Positions 51,971 through 64,000 of a stretch of DNA of 64,000 nucleotides are shown piece by piece. The notes under the pieces are model-generated. The model searched no databases. It was not told the origin of the DNA and saw only the letters and a program-made list of their open reading frames with translations. The number at the start of each line of letters is the position of its first letter. Positions within the stretch are counted from its first letter, which is position 1. The stretch spans positions 124,001 to 188,000 of the forward strand of contig NW_026854296.1 in assembly GCF_026571515.1 (NCBI RefSeq), written 5' to 3'. Position numbers and translations under genes: made by a program. The DNA comes from Ruditapes philippinarum. Taxonomy: Eukaryota.

Positions 51971-54900
51971 TATGTTCACATTCTTATCTAAATATATAGA
52001 CAAAAGATATGCTTTATACATTTTGCCACTTTTGTAAATTATCAAATTGTTATATAATACAATATGTTTCATTGGTCAATGGCCGAGGGGTTAAAGTGTT
52101 GGTGCTACAAAAAAACCAACCAAAAGATGTTTTTAAATAAAAAATTTAAAATTAACAATTGAAAGTTTTTCATAACTTTATCCTGAATTCAATTTCATTC
52201 CATTCAATCAAAAATAAATTAAAGTTTTAAGATATTTGTATAAGAACAACGCCTTTAACTACCAGCTTATGATAGAACTAATTATTATACAACACGAAAC
52301 TACTATAACAAAACATTCAAAGAATCAATCATGTTTTACTAGAAGCAAATGTTGTTCTGAATAATGCAAATATGTGCAGCCGATTAATCATTTATTGCAT
52401 ATAATGATGGAAGGAATCCTATTAATCAAATTAAAATCACATTTGATTTAATGTGTCCAGAGGGACGTAAATTACGAAATGCGATACATCAGAAATATTA
52501 TATGAATATCAGTTCATTTGTTCAAGATGTTTCAATTAATTTCTAAGATTTGCATATTTCATTTTATATAACAGTCTTACAAACGGTGTGTATTGCAAAT
52601 AAGTCGAACACAATCATGTGCTGTATTTATAAACAGATATCGTGTTTCCCCGTTGAATTGTGAAAATATAAAAACGTGAAAATAAGTGAAACTTAAACTT
52701 CTGTGCTGTTCTGCTGCGTAAATGCAGGGGTTTTTGCAATTGTTTTATTTCTTTTTATCACAAACGTTTGATATGAAACAAAATTGCCAAACAAGACTAT
52801 AATATTGTCTTTTCCGTTGTTATATCATATATTACAAAACAATTATCTTAGGTATCAAACTTTGACATCTCATGTTTTCGGATAGCACTGGCATTCGTTA
52901 TGGTTTCTATCTATTTGATAAAAATGTCAATGGCGAGACAGCAATTCAATTTGCAGTAAAATTATATGCCGTAACATTTGGCACTGACATTTCTCAAATG
53001 CAGTTCCAGCCACTTCAAAGGCGGACATTTTATGATAGGAAACATACTGAAATGTTATAAAAGTCGATGCTAGACATTAATTTCCTGGTGTGCATATGCA
53101 TATACATCGCAATACCATGTTGATACACTTAGACTAGATATTTTAGTTGGCACATTATGCATCAGAGACTAAACAGTTTTTCCTTCTTTAGATAATGCAA
53201 AATATAAGTTTTATCATTATAAAATGGGTTTAGAGAACGTTTAATGTTTCTCACATGAGCAAAGTAGCGCTAAAAGTGAACTTATCAATCAAAATAATAG
53301 AAAAATGTTAACTAAGTAGTACTTTGACTTTCATACAAAACTAAATCCCTATATCTTAACTACTTGCCAAACGAAACATAGGCGAAATATTGTTCATTTA
53401 ACTGGCACATGAGTAACTTTTTATAAATTTTAACAGGACAGCAAAATATGACAAGTATATAAATAAAAAAAATATGTGGAAAAATGGAATAATTAAACAT
53501 CATGCATCTACATAATGATAATTAACGGTAATTTTGAAAAAGGATAATGCTAAAAGTTATTAAAGGAAAAGATTATTTTGTTATTTGTTAAGGAACATTT
53601 TATATTAACTACCAAACATTAAAGTGTTAGATTTTATACATGTGACATACGTTGTGAAAACTGTTACAAGAAATGGCTTTTTAAGATATTAACAATATCA
53701 TTGAACGGTTTTTTGGGTTTTGCACCATAGCTAAGAAATGTTTTCATTTAAATGTGTTCAGAATATAAAAATAAATGCAGCTCAGGAGTTTAACTGGAGT
53801 CTAGGAACGTATTAGTCACCACACTGCTGCATTTTGGCTAGAGAGTAAATAAGCTGAACATTAAAACTAAAATGTATTTCATTCCTGTTTGAGAATTTAC
53901 ACAGAGTGTTCGAATTCATTTTCCAATTCCGGTTGGACATTTTCCAATTTCCAGTTTTAAAAAAAAACTGTTCATTTTTTTATAATCGTTTAAAGTTCAT
54001 TTTTCAGGCAATATACAATATAATTGTGTGCTAAGATAAAAATGGCTAAGCCTTGTATCGACTTATAATTGAAAAGGATTGCAGTTTCCTTAACCAATTT
54101 ATTCACATTCTCGGAAGGAAAGCAAACAAAACAACAACAAAAACCCGCTTTATCGTTGGTTTCTTTCTTTTTTTTACAAATTTCCAACACTTGCTTTTTT
54201 TCTATTTCAAGAGTTTTTTTAAACTGGAAACAAATTACGCATTTTGTTCCTTAATTTTATAATATTAAAATATATCAACCACATTAACAGGTAGAGTGAA
54301 GCAAATTTTAAGAAACATTTTATCATTTAAAGTATAATTGGTATCCAGAAAGCTTAGTGTGCCAACATATTCTACATTCATGTTTTTGAGTTAAAAAATT
54401 AATTCTTAAATTGTGGTATCCGTCGAGAATAATTAACATGAAAACATATTGATGGAAATGGTTAAAATTTCCTAAAATTTGCTTGTAAGCAATTTTCATT
54501 GTCAAGATATGAAGGATCAAGGAATCAACCACTTCAAACAATTCGACATTTATAATAACACTTACACTTAAATCAGCAAACATCTTTCTCATACAACACT
54601 TTACACCTGATTGAATACATGAAATATGGAAAAGAAATGGTCTCTGGTGAGCCGTAAAAAGCAACATTTAAATGTGTGAATTTTCTGGACTCTGTTTATA
54701 CAGTCAAGTGTTTCTTTTATCAGAAGGATTAATCACTGGTGAACCATGTAGTTTGAAATGTGTAAACATCTTTAATTTGTATAAAAGACTGATTCATGAT
54801 CAAGAAAAGACGGTTTCATCTGTAATTATTGTTAACAAAATATGTTTAGTAAGCAGACTGAGTATGCAGTTACATGACAGGAAACATCGTTAATTGTTCA

Positions 54901-56507
54901 AGTATTTGAAGGTTAACTAACAGTATAATGATAAAATATTTCTACTGGTAACTTTTGTAGAGTCTTTGATTTACACATTTGCTAATTAACTGAATTATAT
55001 TTTACAAAATTAATGTAATATTTCAAAATTAATGTAATGCTTGAAGATATTTGTTTTCCAGGCAAATGGTCTGTCATGAGTTATTTTCAGGACATAAACA
55101 AATGACAACTTTCACATTCAATAGTCTATTCATGTTTACGTTCAAAGTTTGCACATTTCTCATTTGGAACATGAGCTATTCATTCGTCATTGTTATAAAG
55201 TTTTCTGCTTACAGAGCAAATATATTTGTGCATTGTCATCATATTATAAGTACAAACAACACTTTTCTTTATGTTGTAGACAGCAAATCAATTACTCAAA
55301 ACAATTTTGTTATTATCACTTAGAAATGGCTAGACAAGATTAAACACATATTCCAAAAAACAATGTTATTGTAAATATGGATTATGAATTTTTAATACGA
55401 TTGCTTTCATTCAAAGTATACAAAGCTATTTGTCTTCTGCCTGAATTTGACAAAAATATTTTTTTAGTTTTGGTGAAAAAAAAGATTAAAAAACTCCTGT
55501 ATGACAGAAATACGTGTGTATATTTCCTTAATAAGCAAAAGGTGATTGCGCTAAATCCTTGCTGAACAGTAAAACCATCTTCATAAAATCATGTTCCGGA
55601 GAAATATATTTTTTACACACAATGTTTGTGCATGTCTGATAACAGAGACATTCTATGTTACAACATTTTTAGAGAATCAAAGAATATTGAAACAACTTAT
55701 ATTTACTCTTTTTCTAAACGTTTTATTATAAACAGTAAAACTGTCATTTTTTCAGTACAATGTTTGCACTTGATTTTTTCAATAACAATGTCATTCACAA
55801 CTATCCCGGGGAATCAATGAGGAATTTAAACTAAAAATTGTCTCAGAGCTCATTAGATAAAGAAAACACTTCCAAGCGAATGTACAATTTAGATTAACAT
55901 TGGTGAAAAACAATTGCCTATTATACATCTTTTCTACAATAAATAAAAGACGGACTACGGGGAATACTTAAATTAATTAAAGAGACAAAAGACATATTGA
56001 AAATATTCCAGTATTAAAAATAATGAAAATATCAATTCATAATCGCACATTTACACGTTTGTCACTACAATTCAATATTTGAACATGAACAAAATGAGTT
56101 GATTGGGTTCTACAAGTACTATTTGTTATGATATGGATACTTTGTCACTCTATATATCCTGATGATTCATCTGGCAAAAGATGAAACAGTACAATTTTCG
56201 GTATTTAATGCCTAAGTTTATAATTACCACAAAGTAAAATAAAATCACGACAGTTTATTTGTTAACAAAAAGCTGTTAATTATGAAGAAAGTACATTTTA
56301 TAAAATAATGACTTTCTAAATGCAATGTGAAACTTTTCAGTATAAATTTGACGCGTTAGGCATAGTTCGCTGAACCTTTTATGAATTGGATTATAGATAT
56401 TAAGTTGCCGATCAGTCAGCACGACCGAAGCATTCAGTAATAACTTGTACAATGCGCATTTTATAAAATACTCTTAGTCTCTATAAGTGGTCAGACAAAA
56501 CAGTTGG

Positions 56508-56583
56508 TTCTTGTTGCTGGGTCATATGGGGGTTGCGTTCATTGAACGCCGCCTTTCCTTGTTGATCTTGTTTATCATATTTT
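56508..56583 (+). mobile_element. Short 3' tail fragment of the same LINE family as 34370-34724
   Basis: Near-identical ~75-bp tail. Confidence 0.6.
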
Positions 56584-56739
56584 ATATTGAATATAGATTT
56601 ATAACTTTTTGCGTGTGTTTGTTTATTTTCACGATTTATCAATCATTTTCTTCAAAACAATAGCGAATAAGTTAACTTAAGTTGTATCATAGTTTGGAGA
56701 CATTTCTGTTGAAAAAGTCTCAGAGTTAAATCGTATACA

Positions 56740-57050
56740 TATACATTCACGTGAACTAGAGTGCAGGAATTAGTAACCCGCACTTCAGAACATGCCCATT
56801 GATTGGCTCATTTTTGCCGAGGTTTACTTATTGTGACGTTAGAGAAAGGGAAAGCAATAGAAATATCATATTCAGATGATCGTTCATTGGTTACTTTTTT
56901 CTGGAGTTTCATATTGTGACAACAGGGAACGTTATTTTATGTTTGACTATGATACAAAAGAACATCAAAACACTCGGCAATCTGATAATACTCGAAGGCT
57001 ACGTCTCATTGTACAAGTCAGATTGCCTCGTGTTTCGATACTTAGTTTTA
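56740..57050. mobile_element. Crypton-like hairpin element remnant
   Basis: Hairpin AACACTCGGCAATCTGA..TCAGATTGCCTCGTGTT and an upstream CATTGATTGGCT motif. Confidence 0.4.
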
Positions 57051-58529
57051 TGACATTTACAATTCTTGGTCGCTATCCATGTGTCACTGTCGTAAAAGTA
57101 TTACTTAAAATTGATGACAACTATATATCAATAGAATCAATAATTATGGGGAACAAGTCATATTTCTGGGAAATGTTTGTAATAAATTATCTAACCTTCC
57201 TTGCATAATGATTGCATGAACAAATTTAATAATAGTCAGAAACTGTTTATATTTCCCCGGCTTTTGTAACAATTAACCGGTGTAATAAAAAACATTAGTG
57301 ATATCATCATTTAAATATTTTTTGATTATCTCTGTATCACATGACTTTTCAGCTAAATACCAGTTTCGTGTCATGTTTTGCTTTGGGATTGTTTTAAGCT
57401 AAACAAAAAAAGTTGTTGACCGAACAAATAAACAATCAAGACAAACTCTTAATCTTAATATGACCAGTATTTAAATTTTTCATCATTTTTCCGACCATCT
57501 ACATGAGAAAGTTAACAGATAAGTGTAGCTTACAAAGAAAACTAAATAGAAATAAGACACTTTTATAGAATAAAGGTCGGTTCACGATTTACATTTGCTA
57601 CATTTTTCGATTTTCTATCCCGATCTGTATACAGCAATAAAGGGTCCAAATTGTGAAATTTATTTCATACCATGAGACCATGTACCATGCGGAGGCATTT
57701 CTAAAAATTAATTGGATTTTATGTTAATACACATTTGCATCCTTTGGAGTACTATGCATTTAATAGGCGACCTTTCCCTCGTTTCTACAAAATAAAATAA
57801 AATAACATAAAATTAAAAAATGTATTTATTAATCCAATTAATTTTGCAATATTTTTTCATATCGCATGTTGTTTTTTGTTGTTGCTGTTTTTTTTGTTTT
57901 TGTTGTTGTTTTTTTGTTTTTTGTTAAATAAGCTGTTATCTTAATCAATATCAAGTATTTAATTATTTCCCACTACATTTTCGTCACATTAGAAGCATCT
58001 TACATAATGTTCAAGTTTCTTATACACTTTTTGCAAATTAAAACCGGAAGTATAAAAATATGTCCTCTGCTTCGTGAAAAATTGAACTTGGATTATTCTT
58101 TGTGTTCTTTGTTTGTGTTCTGGGAAAGACACGTCGACTTAATGACGATGGTGCTGTTTAGCTACTTAAGTTTTATTGTATTGTAATGCTTGTTCTCTTA
58201 TCTTTTGCCAATGCCGTAATCAGAAAAAACAATTTAGTGATTATTTATTAATGAGTACGCGAGGAAAAGCAATCGGGATACGTATTTGAGCATTACCTTT
58301 TTTGTTCCTTCGTATCTTAAAATAGCACTACGCCTTTAATTATAATGTTTCTGCAATGATCATGGATTCTTCATTGATGAGTAAATACAGTAATTAAATA
58401 CATGTAAATTAAATAAGAATTTAAAATTGTACAATTAAAAAAATGTTTTTAAATTCAAAATTTCACCATTTTTGTGTTTAAATGTTGTATTCTGCTTAAG
58501 CGTTGCTGGGGAGGGGGGGGGGGAGGGAA

Positions 58530-58650
58530 GCTTGCGCTTTCCAGTACCGTCCATGAACAGGCTCAATCAAACCGAGCCTGCAACATTTTACAATTTTGCC
58601 GTGTTGGGCTTTCTTTAGGGATTTTGTTTTTCTCTATTTTATTTTATGTA
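58530..58650 (-). repeat. Inverted partial copy of the 7985-8590 repeat
   Basis: Reverse complement of GAAAGCCCAACACGGCAAAATTG...CATGGACGGTACTGGAAAG. Confidence 0.8.
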
Positions 58651-58867
58651 AATAGTTGTTGTTTTCTAGCGTTATCAAAATAATTTCAATTAAATGTTCA
58701 GCTAAATCAGAACACAAAACCAACGCAGTCCTTATTATTACAACCGTCCCGGATCTTTCATCATTGATGCAATGCTCTGCTTTTGTTAATAAAAAAATTC
58801 TATTAATGAACAATAATCAAACCTCATCATAGGGCTTTTTTCAAAATTCAAACATCATCATAGGGCT

Positions 58868-60583
58868 TTTTATCCCCCGCCGAAAAGGCGGCGGGGGATA
58901 TAGAAATAGTCTCCGTCCTTCCGTCCGTCCGTCCTTCCGTCCGTCCTTCCTTGCGTCCGACATTTTTGTCCGGAGCATATCTCAAAAAGTATTAGAGGTA
59001 TCAACTTGAAAACTCATAGGTGAATAGACTTTATTGAGGAGGAGTGCAGTGCACAAGAATGATAACTCTACCCTGCATAATTTTTGAGTTATTGCCCTTT
59101 GTTATTTTTCAAAATTAATTTTTGTCCAGAGCATAACTCAAAAAGCCTTTGAGATATCAACATGAAACATCATAGGTGCATAGATCTCACTCAGGAGGTG
59201 TGCACTGCACAAGAATGATAACTCTACCTTTCATAATTTTTGAGTAATTGCCCTTTGATTTTTTCATACTTAATTTTTCACCTAAGTGGAGCATAATTCA
59301 AAAGTGTTTGAGATGTCAACATTAAATGTTAAAGGTGGTTAGATCATATTGAGGAGGAATGCTGTGCGCAAGAATGATAACTCTTCCCTATATTATTTTT
59401 AAGTTATTGCCCTTTGTACTTTTTAGCTCACCTGTCACTTTGTGACAGGGTGAGCTTTTGTGATCGCTTTTCGTCCGGCGTCCGTCCGTCCGTCGTCCGT
59501 CCGTCCGTCGTCCGTAAACTTTTACTTTAAATAACATCTCCTCATAAACCACTAAGCCAATTTCATCAAAACTTCACAGGAATGTTTCTTTGGTGGTCAC
59601 CTTTGAAAATTGTTCAAAGAATTTAATTCCATGCAGAACTCTGGTTGCCATCTTCTAGTAAGTGTCTTCCAAGTTTGTTCAAATAAAAGCCCTGGGGTCA
59701 AAATTGACCCCGCTCCAGGGGGTCACTGATTTTTCCCTATATGTATATAGTAAAAACTTAAAAACTCTTCTTTTAAAGAACCCAAAGAGCTAGAGCTAAG
59801 ATATTTAGCATGAAACATGTTCTAATAGATGTCTACCAAGTTTGTTCAAATAAGAGCCCTTGGGTCAAAATTGGCCCTGCCCTGGGGGACATTGATTTTC
59901 CTTATATGTGTATAGCAAAAACTTAAAAATCTTCTTCGAAAAAACCCGAATAGCTAGAGTTTAGATATTTAGCATGAAACATCTTCTAGTAAGTGTCTAC
60001 AAAGATTGTTCAAATAAAAGCCCTTGGGTCAAAACTGGCCCTGCCCAAGGGGTGTCATTGATTTTTAAAAATATGTGTAAAGAAAAAACTTAAAAAATTT
60101 TCTTTTAAAAAACCCAACAACCTAGACCTTAGATGTTTAGCATGAAACATCTTCTAATGGGTGTCTTCCAAGTTTGTTCAAATAAAAGCCCTGGGGTTTA
60201 AACTGGCCCCGCTCCGGGGGGAGGGGGGGGGGCTATATACAGGTGAGCGACTTCAGGGCCATCATGGCCCTCTTGTTTATACTATTTTGTCCGGAGCTTA
60301 TCTCAAAAAGTATTTGAGGTATCAACTTGAAACTTCATAGGTGGATACATTTTACTGAGGAGGGGTACAGAATGATAACCTACCCTACATTATTTTTCAG
60401 TTATTGCCCTTTGTTATTTTCAACCATCAGTATTCACATAGGTTTCAAATCTGTAATCACTTCAGCCATTAGTTTTCATTACCAATAGACCTCTTAAAAT
60501 TGAATTATTCTGCTCTACTACATATACATTCTTCCAATGAGCAAACCCATTCGGCGGGGGATGGCCATGTTGACATGGCTCTT
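58868..60583 (+). mobile_element. Helentron/HINE (DINE-1-like) non-autonomous element with ~155-bp tandem repeats (outer element)
   Basis: TTTTATCCCCCGCCG subTIR plus inverted copy, a (CCGT)n tract, and repeat units at ~58964, 59119, 59285 and 60285. 3' end CGGCGGGGGAT plus hairpin GCCATGTTGACATGGC. Confidence 0.8.
59420..60278 (+). mobile_element. Helentron/HINE-like element with ~166-bp tandem repeats, nested in the outer element
   Basis: TTTTAGCTCACCTG...AGGGTGAGCT start, (CCGT)n, repeats at ~59671, 59838, 60002 and 60170. Ends CAGGTGAGCGA plus hairpin AGGGCCATCATGGCCCT. Confidence 0.85.
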
Positions 60584-63359
60584 ATGATTACGAGCATGTG
60601 TGTGATAATTTAAATATGACACGTACAAAGGTTAGTCAATCTCCAAAAAAGCTTATTTCAATATCATCTTGTATATTTTAGGTTTATTTTCCTCGTTTAT
60701 GAAAAAGGACGTGCCTGAAAACTATGACGCAAGTCATTGTTATTTAAAACATATCTTTCTCAATTTGAAATCACAATGTCATGTCATCTTCACGAATAAA
60801 AGAAAGTTGATTGAATTTTAGAAATCGATGCAAAAATCGTAACTATCTATTGAATATATGTAATATGATTAAGATAATAGATACTTTATCCAAAATCAAT
60901 AAAATTCATTTTAGTTTTGTTGTATCAAGATTTATACAGTAGACTTATATCATTTACACTGTTGTGCTGCGTTCAACAGATACCCATCAAAACATCGAAA
61001 ACTTAAGTGCGTCGTGTTCACAGGTAATGTTTCGACTTATTTCTCATAACTTAATCGATTTCCCTAAACTTGTGAAGCTGATTATGTCTGGTTTTAGAGG
61101 AGTATTTGCTTTTTATGCAAATTGAGTACTTTTTGTTGAATCGGCGATATTGTTGACAATTGAAAACGTTGTTGATATTTAGCACTAAATCAAGACCAAA
61201 ACGCATTTTCTGTATCAAAATCCGCCTACTTGTACTTGAGTGGTCACCCATCAACTCAAGCTGCTTTAAGCAAAATTTGCGAAAAACAGTCTTGCGCTGT
61301 GTACAGACTCAAGCAAGAAAAACAAATTTTAAGTGAATGGGGTGTAGTATTTTAATGTACAGGGTTTAGTAGAATGTGTACGTAACAAAACGCATTAAAA
61401 GTACTAAGCTCAATGTTTAATGCAACAACAGTGCGCGTTTTCTTTTTCTTTTTTTTTCTTTTCTTTTTTGTTGAAACTACTAAGGTCTTGTGTTCAAATA
61501 ACAAGATATAAAGAGTAGTTGTAATATTTACAGGATTAAGTGTTTGAAACAAATCGATTTTGTTGCTGATTTTGCATCCTGAAATAGGTTTGTATTTTAG
61601 AATAACTGCATCAAAATATATCATAGTGTTTACCATACGAGTAATTTGTTAAAACAGAAAGAACATCTTCAAATGTTAGGATAACATATTGACAATGACC
61701 AACTATTTTTGTACATCAATCAGTTGGTATTATGTTTAGAACATGTTTCATTGAGTATTGGTAATAATTCTGTGAGAGATTCAAGACAAAGCTTTCTTTA
61801 TAATTTTCATCGACAATGTAATTTGATTACATTGTCTTATGTTAGAAATGCATGAATTTGACACATTTATTTCCCACTTGACATTGTTTCCTAGCAGGCT
61901 GACATTACAGTATACAAACTTTCTCCTTCACCTACTGTACTTTAATACTTCACAATTTGTTTAAATGTTCTTCTATTATAGTAAAACAATTATTCATTAT
62001 ATTAGATTCCTACAATATTACATAACTTTCAAAGGTTCAGTTTAAATGCACCAAAGAAATGTAGATTAAACGTTATTTGTAATTAATGATGACGCTTTTC
62101 ATCTAGTTACTGTTGTTGTGTAATATGAGTGTTTATTAATATATCATTCGTCACTTAAAGAAACGTGAGCTGTTAAATCATTAATCACTTTAATCAAAAA
62201 TCTTAAATTGTATAAAGGTTTAAGTTTCCAGAGGAGAGTTAATAGCTTTAAAAAAATGTGTCCGTGTATGCGCAAATATTTGTTGATATATACGTAGTCG
62301 TCAGCAAATATTGCACAACAATTCGTGGTCTTAAAGTATTCAATTATTCAAATCAAAGACGGTATGCAAATAATTTCTAATGCCGCTTAATCATTATGCT
62401 TATACTAGTATGTTATTAATGTATGTCTGTCTCTTATCTAAAAAAAATCATAATATTTTATAAGTATTATATGGTTACAATGGCTGAAGGTTTTGGCGAC
62501 TACAACTCATGTTTATTCAGCATAAACTCTTATTATAAAAAGACACTTTCCTATGATAAATGTCCTTACCATTTATTATTGCTGATTTGTTTCATTGTTG
62601 AGGGACCTTTTCATTGCAAATGTTTTTTGACCAATTCATTAGAGTGCGTTTAGTACTCGGAAGTGTACTCCAACTATGTCACTGCCTTTGTTGAGTAAGA
62701 CATTAGCACGTTAACATGGTATTGAACCTAATTAAGATTGAGATTCTACAATGTCTTAATTTATGAATTATATTTTTATACTGAACTGGCTATATATACG
62801 TAACATTAGATATTATTAGGGCGGGTATTAGGAAATCAAAGACTTGATCATATATTTAATAACTTCTGTGCTAAAACGGAAAAAAATCACGTTTAAGATG
62901 ACGCAGCATCTGCTCAGAGTAATGCAAATATCTGCTACCGCTTTATCATTTGCTGTATCCATGGATGAGATATGCAAAAATACAATTGATGAGTCCACAT
63001 GGGATATTGATTCTGAAATATGTTATTTTAAAAGCATTGTATAAATCTCAATTTTAAATCAATTAAGACGGTTTATGGATGTGCTTTTTATTTTGTATAT
63101 CTTGTGTGCTATCAGAAACCAAAGGAACACAATACGATTTTGTTATATATTCTATCCAATTTGTTTCATTTTGGTTCACGTAACTTCCCTCCAGGCTAAC
63201 TGAATGGAAACTAGTTCCTTTTGTTCATGTTCTGCCGTACGTGTCAACGTCTTATTTTTGTTTGTATGCCTTATTACTAGTAAGCGGGATATATATCAAG
63301 GTGTAAATCGTTTAACGGGATAATATCATTTTACTGTTGTCTTCATCTTTCTTTTAAAA

Positions 63360-64000
63360 AGTAATTATAAACATAGTGTTAGGTTAAAGCGGCGATGTCA
63401 CATTGCTTTAAAGGAGCGTGAAATCAAAAAGTACATTTTTCCAATCCTAGAGAATTTTGAAAATATTTAAAACATAACACTAGTTTGAATAATAATATTT
63501 CAGTTGATGAACTTTTTGAATACTTTTCGTCTATTGGAAACGACATTTGGCAGTCAACAAATGATGAATCTGAAGATTTTGAAACAATGAGTACAACAAT
63601 GTTTGATTTTAATAATACTGACAATGGTGATGAAATTTTGGATAGACATTTTACTATTGAAGAAATTACAGCTGCTGTTAAAACATTGAAAAGGAATAAA
63701 TCTCCTAGGAATGACTTTCTTAAAAAGGAATACTTCATTGAATCTTTTGATATATTAGGGTGTCATATTTGCTATATTTTTAATTGTAAATTAGATAGTG
63801 GTTTTTCCCTGAACCCTGGACTGAGGGTGTTATTATTCCACTTCATAAAAAAGGAGACGTAAATAATTTTAATAACTATACAGGCATTACACTAGTTAGT
63901 TGCTTGTCTAAATTATTTACGAATTTTAATAAAAAGGATTATAGATTATTGTGAACAAAATAGCTTGTTATCTGATGCACAGTTTGGTTTTCGGAAAGGG
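63360..64000 (+). mobile_element. Decayed non-LTR retrotransposon ORF2 (start of RT domain; RTE-X/CR1-type), running off the window
   Basis: Frameshifted motifs NPREF*KYLK, FTIEEITAAVKTLKRNKSP, FPEPWTEGVIIPLHKKGD..NYTGITLVSCLSKLFT and SDAQFGFRKG. Confidence 0.9.

Noticed and set aside
57572-57775. Small MITE with AAAGGTCG / CGACCTTT ends
   Set aside because: Only 8 bp of inverted match and no clear TSD.
58960-60420. CRISPR-like repeat array
   Set aside because: The context is eukaryotic, and these are contiguous 155/166-bp tandem monomers without unique spacers.

Overview
AT-rich eukaryotic (animal) genomic DNA. The repeat content (tRNA-derived SINEs, Helentron/HINE-like elements with satellite-like cores, Crypton-like hairpin elements) suggests a bivalve mollusc; this is an inference. 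The only well-supported genes are two tandem, + strand, three-exon globin genes with the ancestral B12.2 and G7.0 introns. Gene 1 is join(24789..24961,25730..25955,26299..26472), 190 aa, and starts with the MGCxC acylation motif of membrane-bound globin X-like proteins. Gene 2 is join(39669..39820,41900..42125,42509..42682), 183 aa and about 90% identical. In gene 2 an 8-bp deletion has turned the ancestral MGC start into ATG-GGA-TGA, so the paralog appears to have lost its lipid anchor. Both proteins have an unusual TyrB10/HisE7/small-F4 heme pocket, and exon 3 looks homogenised between them. Upstream is an ~10 kb/8.5 kb tandem segmental duplication (930-11074 vs 12201-20723) whose copies differ by TE insertions and deletions. 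The rest is non-coding DNA with SINEs, a decayed mariner, MITEs, nested HINE-like elements, LINE fragments and a 142-N gap. Most ORF-track entries are chance ORFs. All counts and alignments were done by eye.
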